In this document: in pieces, positions 1 through 8,727 of the stretch
How the letters are laid out: each line of letters opens with the position of its first letter
Position numbering within the stretch: the stretch's first letter is position 1
Assembly (NCBI GenBank): GCA_040878325.1
Contig: JBBDMM010000013.1
Coordinates: forward strand, 1-61,440
Length of the DNA stretch: 61,440 nucleotides
Direction of reading: 5' to 3'
DNA from: Acidimicrobiia bacterium
GTDB lineage: Bacteria; Actinomycetota; Acidimicrobiia; Spongiisociales; UBA11373
Translations under genes and position numbers: made by a program
Notes under the pieces: model-generated
Told to the model about the DNA's origin: nothing
What the model saw: the letters and a program-made list of their open reading frames with translations, nothing else
The model's database searches: none

Positions 1-57
<57 letters not shown>

Positions 58-68
58 TCGTAGGGGCC

Positions 69-98
69 ATTGTACGGGGGGGACGAAAGATAAGGCAA
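69..98 (-). promoter_or_regulatory. Housekeeping sigma promoter of tRNA-fMet
   Basis: Minus strand TTGCCT-N18-TACAAT, ending 11 nt upstream of the tRNA 5' end. Confidence 0.65.
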
Positions 99-127
99 TG
101 TGAGCCCTCGCCACTGATAACGCCGCT

Positions 128-898
128 TCAGTCGAACTGCACCGACCGCTTGGAAAGGCCGAACCAGAAGCCATCGACGACGCTCCGACCCTCCGGTGAC
201 GAGGCGGCGGCGGCCCCGAGGGCCACGAACAGAGGGGCGAAGTGCTCGGTCCGCGGGTGGGCAATCCGTGCCGCCGGCGCGGTCCGGTCGAAATCGATCA
301 GGGCGTCGACATCCCCTCGCTCGATAGCCCCGGCCAACCAGTCGTCGAACTCCCGCGACCACCCCGGCGGATCCGAATCGGCGCCGAGGTGCCAGTTCAT
401 CTCTCGAAGATTGTGGGTGGCGAAACCGCTGCCGACGATCAGCACACCCTGGTCGCGGAGCGGGGCGAGCCGGGCACCGACATCGAAGAGGACCTTTGGG
501 TCCAATGTGGGCATCGAGATCTGTAGGACCGGAATGTCGGCGTCGGGGTACATCTCCACCAGCGGGACATAGGCGCCATGGTCGAGACCGCGCGCCGGAT
601 CTTGCGCCACCGTCATGCCGGCGGATTCGAGGAGCCGGCTCACCTCAGCGGCGAGGCCAGGCGCTCCCGGCGCGGGGTATTGCACCCGGTAGTAGTGGTC
701 GGGGAAACCCCAGAAGTCATACACCAGCGGCACCGGGGTGGTGGCACCGAGGGTGACGGGCGCCGACTCCCAGTGGGCGGACACCATGATCACCGAGGCG
801 GGCCGGGGCATCGCCGCCGACCAGCGGGCCAACTCCGCCGTCCACATCGGGTCGTCGGCGAGCGGGGGCGCGCCGTGGCTGAGGTAGGTGACGGGCAT
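128..898 (-). CDS. DODA-type (LigB family) extradiol ring-cleavage dioxygenase
   Basis: Motifs YLSHGAP, VSAHWE, RGLDHG, GSGFATHNL and AHPRTEHFAPL. Start trimmed to MPVTYL. Confidence 0.92.
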   Translation of the reverse strand: MPVTYLSHGAPPLADDPMWTAELARWSAAMPRPASVIMVSAHWESAPVTLGATTPVPLVYDFWGFPDHYYRVQYPAPGAPGLAAEVSRLLESAGMTVAQDPARGLDHGAYVPLVEMYPDADIPVLQISMPTLDPKVLFDVGARLAPLRDQGVLIVGSGFATHNLREMNWHLGADSDPPGWSREFDDWLAGAIERGDVDALIDFDRTAPAARIAHPRTEHFAPLFVALGAAAASSPEGRSVVDGFWFGLSKRSVQFD

Positions 899-1095
899 TC
901 GAACGTCGTTGAATTCCACGTCCCCAACAACGCCTCCAAGGTCCCCGATTCTTCCCGCCGTGCATGAACCACACCGCGGCACGCCCCCGCAGCGATCGAG
1001 TGGGCGGCGGCAGTGACTGGCACCCACGCGCTGGAGCGGCAGAGCGTGCTCCGGCACCGAAAGCCTCACTTTGACCACAAGGTTCGGTCAAAATG

Positions 1096-1121
1096 GGTTG
1101 CCCTCGCCCGCAGCCGGGTAA
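1096..1121 (+). promoter_or_regulatory. SigB/SigF-type promoter
   Basis: GGTTG-N15-GGGTAA upstream of the HATPase gene at 1196. Confidence 0.55.
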
Positions 1122-1195
1122 GAGGGGGTGGTGCTCAGCCGACTTTCAAGAGGTCAGCACTTAGAACCAAGATACGGAGGAGGCGGCCCCCGGCC

Positions 1196-1582
1196 ATGCC
1201 GGTGACTACAGAGAAGTGGACATTGCCGGTGAACGTCACGGCCCCAGCCATGGCCCGGTCTGCCGCGTCACCCTTCGCTCAGACACTCGGCCCCGATCGC
1301 AAGAGCGACTTCCTCCTGCTAGTGAGCGAACTCGTCACCAACAGTGTCCGCCACGCCGGACCCATCCCCGTTGATTCGATCGACTTGGTCGTCCACATCG
1401 ACGACAAACGGGCACGGGTCGAGGTGCACGACCCGGGCCCGGCGTTCGAGTTGGCTTTCCGGCAGCCCCAGCCCAGGGACCGGTCGGGGTGGGGCCTATT
1501 CCTCGTCGACACGGTCGCTCAACGCTGGGGCGTGGAGCAGCGGGCGACCACCAACGTCGCCTGGTTCGAGATGGATCTCTAG
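1196..1582 (+). CDS. HATPase_c anti-sigma factor / serine kinase (RsbW-like)
   Basis: SELVTNSVRHA (N box), VEVHDPGP (G1) and SGWGLFLVD (G2). RBS GGAGGAGG precedes ATG 1196. Confidence 0.85.
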   Translation: MPVTTEKWTLPVNVTAPAMARSAASPFAQTLGPDRKSDFLLLVSELVTNSVRHAGPIPVDSIDLVVHIDDKRARVEVHDPGPAFELAFRQPQPRDRSGWGLFLVDTVAQRWGVEQRATTNVAWFEMDL

Positions 1583-1682
1583 GCCTCGCTTCGCTCGGCC
1601 CGCGATTCGCAATTCGACAGAACGGGTGACCGCGCTCGATGCGGGTCAGCTCGAATCTTGCGGAAGGCGGAAGGCGGAAGGC
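1581..1682. repeat. Intergenic repeat: GGCCTCGCTTCGCTCGGCC head with heptamers, plus (GCGGAAG)x3
   Basis: The head motif recurs at several loci. Heptamer units GCGATTC/GCAATTC follow it, and GCGGAAG x3 lies at 1660-1680. Confidence 0.75.
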
Positions 1683-2426
1683 TCAGTCTTCGCCGAGTTG
1701 CGCCCGGGATCGGATCGCCTCGAAGGACCGCGTCAGCAGACGCGAGACGTGCATCTGCGACATCCCCAACTCGGCGGCGATCTCGGTCTGAGTCAGGTCA
1801 TCGAAGAAGCGGAGGTAGAGAATTCGCCGCTGCCGCTCGGGCAGGGCAGCGATAGCCTCGGCCACCGTCCCGAGGCGTTCGGCCAGGCCCAGATCGTCGT
1901 CCGGCGAGGCGAGGTCGTCGATTCGGGCGCGTGATCCCTCCTCGTCCCCTACGGGAGCGTCCAGGGACGCCAGCGTGTAGGTGCGACCGGCATCAAGCGC
2001 CTCGATCACCTCCTCCTCGGACATGTCGGCGGCCTCGGCGAGCTCGGACACCTTCGGAGACCTGCCCAGGCGCTGGCTGAGCTCCTGCTCGAGCTGACCA
2101 ATCAGCAGACTGGCCTGTTTGAGCCCGCGTGGAATACGCATCGCCCAGGCCTTGTCGCGCAGGTGCCGTTTCAGTTCGCCGATGATCGTTGCGGTGGCGT
2201 AGGTGGAGAACTGGACCCCACGAGTGGGGTCGAACCGCTCGATCGTCTTGAGCAGCCCGATATAGGCCACCTGCTCCAGGTCGTCGATGGGCTCACCCTT
2301 ACCGGCAAACCGCTTGGCCAGATAGGACACCAGCCGTTGGTGCTCGCGCACCACCTCCTCGCGGGCGGACTCGTCACCCGCGGCGATGCGCTCCATGAGA
2401 AGGCTCACCCTCTCGCGATCACTCAC
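1683..2426 (-). CDS. RNA polymerase sigma factor, SigB/SigF/SigG family
   Basis: DDLEQVAYIGLLKTIERFDP, GELKRHLRDKAWAMRIPR and TQTEIAAELGMSQMHVSRLL. GTG start with an AGGAG RBS. Confidence 0.95.
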   Translation of the reverse strand: MSDRERVSLLMERIAAGDESAREEVVREHQRLVSYLAKRFAGKGEPIDDLEQVAYIGLLKTIERFDPTRGVQFSTYATATIIGELKRHLRDKAWAMRIPRGLKQASLLIGQLEQELSQRLGRSPKVSELAEAADMSEEEVIEALDAGRTYTLASLDAPVGDEEGSRARIDDLASPDDDLGLAERLGTVAEAIAALPERQRRILYLRFFDDLTQTEIAAELGMSQMHVSRLLTRSFEAIRSRAQLGED

Positions 2427-2560
2427 TGCTGCTGGCGCTCCTGATATTGGGGTGCCAACGAGGCTAACCGCAGGGCCGGCAAGTGCCGACCCTGTACCAA
2501 TTGGCTTCTCGAACTTCCCGAACCGAGCGGCATTCCCTCCTCCGGGGCCGGCGGTGCCGG

Positions 2561-2589
2561 GGTTTACCCGGCGCCCCACCGGGTAAACC
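2561..2589. promoter_or_regulatory. Palindromic bidirectional SigB/SigF-type promoter
   Basis: GGTTTACCCGG-N7-CCGGGTAAACC reads GGTTT-N15-GGGTAA on both strands, between the divergent sigma and csbD genes. Confidence 0.75.
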
Positions 2590-2618
2590 GCAGGCACCCA
2601 ATAGAGGAGATTCGTCTC

Positions 2619-2849
2619 ATGGATTCGAAGCGAATGCAGCTGGAAGGCAACTGGAAGCAGGCCAAGGGCCGTGTGAAGGAGGCCTGGGGCTCACTGACCG
2701 ACAACGAGGTCGACGAGGCCGAGGGGAACTGGGATCAGTTGGTCGGAAAGATCCAGAAGAAGACGGGCGAGACGATCGACGCCATCGAGCGCAAGCTCGG
2801 GGAGATCGCCGACTCCTTCAGTGACAAGGCCGACCGCAAGGCATCCTGA
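2619..2849 (+). CDS. CsbD family stress protein
   Basis: EGNWKQAKGRVKEAWGSLTDNE...DQLVGKIQKKTG. RBS AGAGGAG. Confidence 0.93.
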   Translation: MDSKRMQLEGNWKQAKGRVKEAWGSLTDNEVDEAEGNWDQLVGKIQKKTGETIDAIERKLGEIADSFSDKADRKAS

Positions 2850-2925
2850 GTCCCTTCCTGGCCTGGAGCGCCCGGATACCACCCACCCTCGCGATAGGCT
2901 TCGAAGCCACGCCGAGAGGAGCCTC

Positions 2926-3126
2926 ATGTCGGTAGCCAAGGTCATCGAGATCACGGCCCAGTCGTCCGACGGCTTCGAGGCGGCGATCGCCGAAGGGATC
3001 GCCAAGGCCTCGGAGTCGGTGAAGAACATCCGCCACGCCTGGGTGAAGGACCACGAGGTCCACATCTCCGACGGCAAGGTCACGACATGGCGGGTGAGCC
3101 TCAAGATCACGTTCCTCGTGGAGTAA
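2926..3126 (+). CDS. Dodecin family protein
   Basis: MSVAKVIEITAQSSDGFEAAIAEGIAKASESVKNI...WRVSLKITFLVE. RBS GAGGAG. Confidence 0.93.
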   Translation: MSVAKVIEITAQSSDGFEAAIAEGIAKASESVKNIRHAWVKDHEVHISDGKVTTWRVSLKITFLVE

Positions 3127-3177
3127 AACCAAAGGCCCCTAGGGGGCGAGCCTGATTCGCGCACCCCCTACGCCTCT

Positions 3178-3215
3178 ACAGACGACCGGCGGACTCGCCG
3201 GTCGTCTGTTTGTTT
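3178..3215 (+). terminator. Intrinsic terminator after csbD-dodecin
   Basis: 14-bp stem ACAGACGACCGGCG/CGCCGGTCGTCTGT followed by TTGTTT. Confidence 0.75.
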
Positions 3216-3237
3216 GCCGGAAGAGATCCGAGGGAAC
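3212..3237 (+). promoter_or_regulatory. SigB/SigF-type promoter
   Basis: GTTT-N16-GGGAAC upstream of the small ORF at 3265. Confidence 0.45.
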
Positions 3238-3264
3238 GCCCCCCTTCTGGAAAGGGGGTCCCCA

Positions 3265-3465
3265 GTGGACATTGCCAGCGAAACGACGATCTTGCGAGGC
3301 ACGAAGGCCAACATCGGCGGGCGCCGGCCGAAGACGGATCTCGACGCCCGGGCCTGTGCCGAGGACGGGTGCCCCACCCGCCTGAGCCGGTACAACATGC
3401 GCCCCCGTTGCTATGCGCACCGAGCCACCAGTTTCCCGCGGACAAGAGGGCGGGCGGTCGAATGA
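3265..3465 (+). CDS. Small hypothetical protein with a putative C3H zinc finger
   Basis: GTG start after AAGGGG. Motif C-x4-C-x3-LSRYN-x4-C-x2-H. Confidence 0.65.
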   Translation: MDIASETTILRGTKANIGGRRPKTDLDARACAEDGCPTRLSRYNMRPRCYAHRATSFPRTRGRAVE

Positions 3466-3490
3466 TCCAGCCGGTAGCCGGCCGGGCCGA

Positions 3491-3835
3491 TCAGCTCGCG
3501 TCGCGGGCTGATTCGACCGAGTCGAACACCGGGAACGACTCGTCGAGCTTGGTGAGCGCCAGCAGGCGTCCCGCCGGGCCGTTGTCGGAAACGAGGAGGA
3601 CGGCGGCGCCATCGGACTCGAGGCGGTTGCGGCCATCGATGAGCGTGCCAAGCCCCATGGAGTCCATGAACGAAACGAGGAGCAGGTCGATGATCACCTT
3701 GCCACTGTGGCCGGCGATCTCGTCGAATGCCCGCTTCAGCTCGGTGGCGCCGTTGATGTCGACTTCGCCCGAAACAGCAAGGACGACATCGCTGTCGACT
3801 CGGTCGATGCGGACCGCGCTCGGCCGGTTCTCCAA
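3491..3835 (-). CDS. STAS-domain anti-sigma factor antagonist (RsbV-like)
   Basis: VLAVSGEVDI...VIIDL...SFMDSMGLGTL contains the phosphorylatable Ser. TTG start with a GGAGG RBS. Confidence 0.9.
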   Translation of the reverse strand: MENRPSAVRIDRVDSDVVLAVSGEVDINGATELKRAFDEIAGHSGKVIIDLLLVSFMDSMGLGTLIDGRNRLESDGAAVLLVSDNGPAGRLLALTKLDESFPVFDSVESARDAS

Positions 3836-3889
3836 GATTCTCTCCTCCGTGATTCGTTCAACGCCTAGCCTTAGTATATGGCTCGCCCG

Positions 3890-4285
3890 ATGACTACCTC
3901 CCGCCGCGACCCCACCCAGATTGCGATCCCCGCGGACCCGGATCGCCTCGATGTCCTCAGACTGGTCGTGCGGAATGCGTGTGCCCGACGGGGTGCGTCC
4001 GTCGACGAGATCGACGATGCGGCGCTCGCCGTGCATGAAGCGAGCCTCGCCCTGATCGATGCGGGCGCCAGCCGGCTCGAGCTGGAGCTCGGCGGCGATG
4101 AAGGCGAGCTGACGGTGACCATCGGGTCCCCTGCCCCGATCGCGCTCCAACGGGAGGAAGGAATGTCGTTCCGCATCATCGAGGCCGTCGCCGCCGGCGT
4201 CGAGGTGTCCAATGGCGACGGTGGCACTTCGATCACCCTACGACTGCGCGTGGGTGGCGAGCCGGACCCGTCCGCGACCGAGTAG
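3890..4285 (+). CDS. Degenerate RsbW-like anti-sigma factor
   Basis: IPADPDRLDVLRLVV...VDEIDDAALAVHEA matches the RsbW N-terminus, but the N-box Asn and the GxG boxes are missing. Confidence 0.7.
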   Translation: MTTSRRDPTQIAIPADPDRLDVLRLVVRNACARRGASVDEIDDAALAVHEASLALIDAGASRLELELGGDEGELTVTIGSPAPIALQREEGMSFRIIEAVAAGVEVSNGDGGTSITLRLRVGGEPDPSATE

Positions 4286-4297
4286 CGTCGGCAGCCG

Positions 4298-5632
4298 ATG
4301 ACCGACCCGACGCGACCTTCTCGGGACCCCCTCGAGCTGGTGCCCACTCGGTCCGGCCTCCTTCGGACCCTGGCCGGCCACTTGCTTGAGAGCCGGCTCG
4401 ACGTCGAAGAGACCATCGAAACGGCCGCCGGCGCGGTGATCGGCACTCTCGCCGACTCGTGCACGGTGTTTCTGTTCGAGTACGGGGGTTTCGCGGTGCT
4501 ACGCGCCGCACGCCATCGCGACCCAGCCCTCGAGGCCGCCATCGATCACCTCGCCGAGGCGTACCGACCCGATCCATCGGCCTCAGACGGCTCGCCGGTA
4601 GCCGCAGCACTCGCCGGCCGCGAGATTCGGGCGGATTGGCGTGCCATCCAACCCGCCGACGAGATGACTCGCACGGCCGTAGACGCGCTCAAATCGAAGG
4701 CGTGGCTCGCGCTGCCGCTGCGCGACACGGACGGGCAGATTCTCGGCGCCTTCCGCTTCTCCCGGGGGCGGGAAGAGCCGGCTTTCGACGATGCCGACAC
4801 CGCCGTCGCCCGCGAGATCGCCCAAATGTGCGGGACGGCGATCGCCCGGACCCAGACCGCGCATGCCGACCGGGTGGCAGTCGAACGGTTGTCCCGGGAC
4901 CTCGCCCCCAAGGCATTGCCCGAGATTCCCGGACTCGAGTTGCAGGTTCGGTATCACTCGGGCACGAGCGCGGTAGGAGTGGGTGGGGATTGGTGCGATG
5001 CCCTCCGTATCGGAGACCGGGTCGTGATCGCAGTCGGTGACGCGGCCGGCCACGGTATCGGCGCCGCCGTCACCATGAATGAGGTCGCGGGCGCCCTGCG
5101 TGCATTTGCCTTCGTCGAGTCCGCGGCGGGCATAGTCCGCCAACTCAACCGATATGTCACGGGCCGCCACAGCGCGGAGATGATCACGGCGTGCGTCGTA
5201 GACCTGGACCCGCAATCCAGGAAGGCACGAATCGCCAATGCGGGGCACATGCCCCCGATCCTTGCGGCAAAGCGCACCACCAAGTATCTGGACAAGGGGA
5301 GGACCGCACCTCTGGGGAGCGGCAAGGCGAGCATCCGATTCCGTCCAGCCAAACTCCGGCTGGATCCCGGTGATCGCCTGTTCCTCTACACCGACGGGCT
5401 GGTCGAGCGGCGGGGTGAAGTGATCGACATCGGCATCGACCGGCTGGTTCGCACGGTGGTGGACGCTCCCGATGACCTCAGTCGAGCGTGTGACTACATC
5501 CTCGACCGCATGGCCCCGACTGAAGGGTTCACCGACGATGTCGCCCTATTCGGGATAAAACTGAGCCCGACTGCGGGGCCGGCGCCGGCACCGGGTTTGA
5601 GACTGTGGCCCGGTGGGAAGAAGGATGGGTAA
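4298..5632 (+). CDS. GAF-domain SpoIIE/PP2C family phosphatase (RsbU/P-like)
   Basis: GAF-like N-terminus, then VGGDWCD, VGDAAGHG, LYTDGLVE and TDDVAL. Confidence 0.93.
   Translation: MTDPTRPSRDPLELVPTRSGLLRTLAGHLLESRLDVEETIETAAGAVIGTLADSCTVFLFEYGGFAVLRAARHRDPALEAAIDHLAEAYRPDPSASDGSPVAAALAGREIRADWRAIQPADEMTRTAVDALKSKAWLALPLRDTDGQILGAFRFSRGREEPAFDDADTAVAREIAQMCGTAIARTQTAHADRVAVERLSRDLAPKALPEIPGLELQVRYHSGTSAVGVGGDWCDALRIGDRVVIAVGDAAGHGIGAAVTMNEVAGALRAFAFVESAAGIVRQLNRYVTGRHSAEMITACVVDLDPQSRKARIANAGHMPPILAAKRTTKYLDKGRTAPLGSGKASIRFRPAKLRLDPGDRLFLYTDGLVERRGEVIDIGIDRLVRTVVDAPDDLSRACDYILDRMAPTEGFTDDVALFGIKLSPTAGPAPAPGLRLWPGGKKDG
5594..5620 (+). promoter_or_regulatory. SigB/SigF-type promoter inside the 3' end of the PP2C gene
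   Basis: GGTTT-N16-GGGAAG upstream of the ORF at 5648. Confidence 0.5.
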
Positions 5633-5647
5633 CCCAACGGAGGCACC

Positions 5648-5806
5648 ATGATTTTCAACACCCGGAACCTGTTCTTTGCCGCACTTGGCGCGGCTGCCAT
5701 GTACTTCCTCGATCCGACCGCTGGCACGGCCCGGCGCGAATCGATGAAGCGGAAGGCCCACTCGGCTTACGAAGAGGGCGCCGACAAGATTCGGTCGGTG
5801 GCCTGA
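5648..5806 (+). CDS. 52-aa YtxH-like membrane-associated stress protein (absent from the ORF track)
   Basis: Translated by hand: MIFNTRNLFFAALGAAAMYFLDPTAGTARRESMKRKAHSAYEEGADKIRSVA. RBS GGAGG. Motif GAAAMYFLDPxxGxxRR. Confidence 0.75.
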   Translation: MIFNTRNLFFAALGAAAMYFLDPTAGTARRESMKRKAHSAYEEGADKIRSVA

Positions 5807-5808
5807 CC

Positions 5809-8727
5809 TCAGGCTCCGGACAGGGCCTCTTCCAGCAGCGCCCTCGCCTGGTCGATCAATCTCTTAGCCTCGGCCACCTCGGCCTGGTAGGTGGCGAGGT
5901 TGGCGTCGCGGAGGGCCTGATCCGCCCGGGCGAACGCTGCGTCCGCCCTGGTAAGCAACTCGGTCACCGCCTCGGTGAGATCCGCCGGAAGCTCCCCCGG
6001 ATCGTCCGGGTCGTCGGGATCCGGATCCACCACCGGGCCATCCCCGAAGACCGCAGCCAGGGCCTGGGCAAGCGTGTCCCGCATGGCGATTCGGTTTCCG
6101 AACACCACGATCGCCTTCTTGAACTCAGGCAGGGCGACCCCGGACGAACCGGCTTCCGAGCGTGCACTCAGATAGACGGGCTGCACGTAGACGACCGATT
6201 CCTCAATGGGCACGACCAGCATGTTCCCGAGGATCACCTCGGAACCCTCCTGGCCGAGAAGGGTGAACTCGCGTGAGATGTCGGGGTTCTGATTGATGCG
6301 GGCTCCCACCTGCCCGGGGCCGTCGACGAAGGAGTCGCGGGGAAGCTGGAAATCGATCAGTTCGCCGTATTCCTCGGCATCGGACTTCGCCACCAGGAAC
6401 GACACCATGTTCGGCCGGGTCGCCGCGGTGAACGGCTGCAGCATCAAGTACGCCAGATCGTCCTCGCCGGGGAGCTCCATCAACAGGTAATAGGGCACCA
6501 TCGGCCGGTCGTCCGCCGGGAAGGTCTCCCGGGTGTTCTCGGAGGCGGTGGTGGACGGGTCGCGGGCCACCTCCCACGGGTCACCGTTGTTGAAGAACAC
6601 CCGCGGATCGGTCACGTGGTAGCGGGTGTAGATGTCCGACTGGACCCGGAACAGATCTTCGGGGTACCGCAGGTGGTCGAGGAGCCCGGCCGGCATCTCG
6701 TCACGGGTCGAGAAGAGCTCGGGGAATATGTCGCGGTACGCCCGGATCATCGGATCGCTCTCGTCGACCACGAAGAATCGAATCGTGCCGTCATACGCGT
6801 CGACCGTGGCCTTGACCGAGTTGCGGATGTAGTTGAACTCCGATGGCAGGCCCGACCGCACGTTGAGACGCCCGGTGGCCTCGATGCCGCCCGACGTCGA
6901 GTCGGTGTCACTCGCCGGCGTGGAGTACGGGTAGCGGTTGGTGACGGTGTACATGTCTTGCACCCACACCAATCGGCCATCGAGCAGCACCAGGTACGGG
7001 TCGTTGTCGGCGTGGAGAAATGGCGCGGCCTTGTTGAGCAGGTCGCGGAGGTTGCGCACCAAAAGAACCTTGCTGTCGGAGCGCACCTGTGACGAGATCA
7101 GCGTGTTGACATCGGCGAATCGCAGCGCAAAGGCCGCCCGGCGGAGCAGACCCCCCACCTCGATTCCTCCGCTGCCGTCGTAGTGATTGAAGGCGACCGT
7201 GTCGGTACCGGACTCGACCGGGAAGTCCACCTCCTGCTCGTCGGTCCCCACGATGACGAACGACCCCGACGGCAGCCCCTCGCCGAAGTACACCCTGCCC
7301 TGATCGACGGCGAGCTCGGCAGGGACCTCATCGCTCGGATTGATGTCTTTGACAAAGAAATCGGGCTGCCCGTCCACGGTCACGGCGTTCGCGGGGCTGA
7401 CGACCACTCCGAACCCGTGGGTGTAGACGAGGTGACGGTTGACCCAGCCCTCGCCGGGGAGGCTGCTCTGCTCGAGCTCCCGGGTGGAAAGCATCACCTG
7501 GGTGAGGTCGCCGTCCAGGAGATACCGGTCGACGTCCACGTCGACGAACTGATAAAAGGGTCGCAGCTCTTGCAGCTGGCGATAGGTGGTCAACAGCACG
7601 GTGGGATCCCAGAGGCGAACATTCGAAATCGTCTGCCCGTTGGCGGCGATATCGGCGGCGTCGAGATCCTCGGCGGCCTCGAAGTCGCGAGTCTCCACCG
7701 CGTCGAGACCGTACGCGGCACGGGTGAACTCGATGTTGCGAGATACGAAAGGCAGTTCCCGGTCGATCTCGTTCGGCTGGACCGAGAACCTCTGGGTGGC
7801 CGCCGGCCAGATTCCGCCCAGCGCCACCGAGACCACCAGCCATCCGAACACCGCTACGGCCGGCAACGCCCAGCCCTTGAGCCGGATGTTCACCAACAGC
7901 AGCGCCGCAAAGAAAAGCGAGATCCACATCAACAGGCTCAACGCCGGCAACTGGGCGTTGACGTCCGTATACGTGGCTCCGAACACCGCCCCCCGGTCGC
8001 TGTAGAGGAGGTCGAACCGGTCGAGCCAGTACCCGACCGCCTTGAGGATCGCCATGAGCGCGAGGAGCACCGAAAGGTGGACTTTCACCCCGGAGGCGAC
8101 CTTCTGCCGGCCGGGGGTCACCTGGATGCCGCCGTTGAGGTAGTGGAGGGCGGCCACAACGAGGGTGGTGATCAGCACGAACTGAAACGACCATCCGAAG
8201 AGATCCCGGTAGAACGGCACGTCGAACACGTAGAAGCCGACGTCGCGACCGAAGACGGGGTCGGTCACCCCGAAGTCCTGCCCGTTGCGGTAGAGCAGCC
8301 AGTGCTCCCACCAGGCCCCGGCGCCGAGGCCGATCAGGATCCCGAAGAACCCCGCCACCGCAAGGCGAAAGCGGAACACGCGCTCGGAAACCCATCCCTG
8401 AAATCGCTCGATCAGCTCCTCGTCGGGACTGCCCGCCGAGAGCGACAAAGCCGGGGCGAGACGATCGGCGATGATCAGGTTGAGGAACATGAGTACGAAG
8501 GCGACCGCGGTGGCGATGACCACGAGCATCACCCGGCTGAATACCAACGTTCTCCATGCCGCCCCGAATCCGACCGAGTCGAACCACAGATAGTCGGTCC
8601 AGAAGGTGGCGATGCCTCGCAGAGACATCAGGAGCACGACCACGACGCCGAAGACGATGAACAGCCAGCGACGACCGCGCGAAGGCGAGCGCCGGAAGGG
8701 TATCGGGGAGGGTCCGCGTTCGATCAC
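5809..8727 (-). CDS. UPF0182 family membrane protein
   Basis: FWTDYLWFDSVGF, DPVFGRDVGFYVF, GATYTDVNAQLP, NRHLVYTHGFG and NYIRNSVKATVDAYDG. Confidence 0.96.
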   Translation of the reverse strand: MIERGPSPIPFRRSPSRGRRWLFIVFGVVVVLLMSLRGIATFWTDYLWFDSVGFGAAWRTLVFSRVMLVVIATAVAFVLMFLNLIIADRLAPALSLSAGSPDEELIERFQGWVSERVFRFRLAVAGFFGILIGLGAGAWWEHWLLYRNGQDFGVTDPVFGRDVGFYVFDVPFYRDLFGWSFQFVLITTLVVAALHYLNGGIQVTPGRQKVASGVKVHLSVLLALMAILKAVGYWLDRFDLLYSDRGAVFGATYTDVNAQLPALSLLMWISLFFAALLLVNIRLKGWALPAVAVFGWLVVSVALGGIWPAATQRFSVQPNEIDRELPFVSRNIEFTRAAYGLDAVETRDFEAAEDLDAADIAANGQTISNVRLWDPTVLLTTYRQLQELRPFYQFVDVDVDRYLLDGDLTQVMLSTRELEQSSLPGEGWVNRHLVYTHGFGVVVSPANAVTVDGQPDFFVKDINPSDEVPAELAVDQGRVYFGEGLPSGSFVIVGTDEQEVDFPVESGTDTVAFNHYDGSGGIEVGGLLRRAAFALRFADVNTLISSQVRSDSKVLLVRNLRDLLNKAAPFLHADNDPYLVLLDGRLVWVQDMYTVTNRYPYSTPASDTDSTSGGIEATGRLNVRSGLPSEFNYIRNSVKATVDAYDGTIRFFVVDESDPMIRAYRDIFPELFSTRDEMPAGLLDHLRYPEDLFRVQSDIYTRYHVTDPRVFFNNGDPWEVARDPSTTASENTRETFPADDRPMVPYYLLMELPGEDDLAYLMLQPFTAATRPNMVSFLVAKSDAEEYGELIDFQLPRDSFVDGPGQVGARINQNPDISREFTLLGQEGSEVILGNMLVVPIEESVVYVQPVYLSARSEAGSSGVALPEFKKAIVVFGNRIAMRDTLAQALAAVFGDGPVVDPDPDDPDDPGELPADLTEAVTELLTRADAAFARADQALRDANLATYQAEVAEAKRLIDQARALLEEALSGA

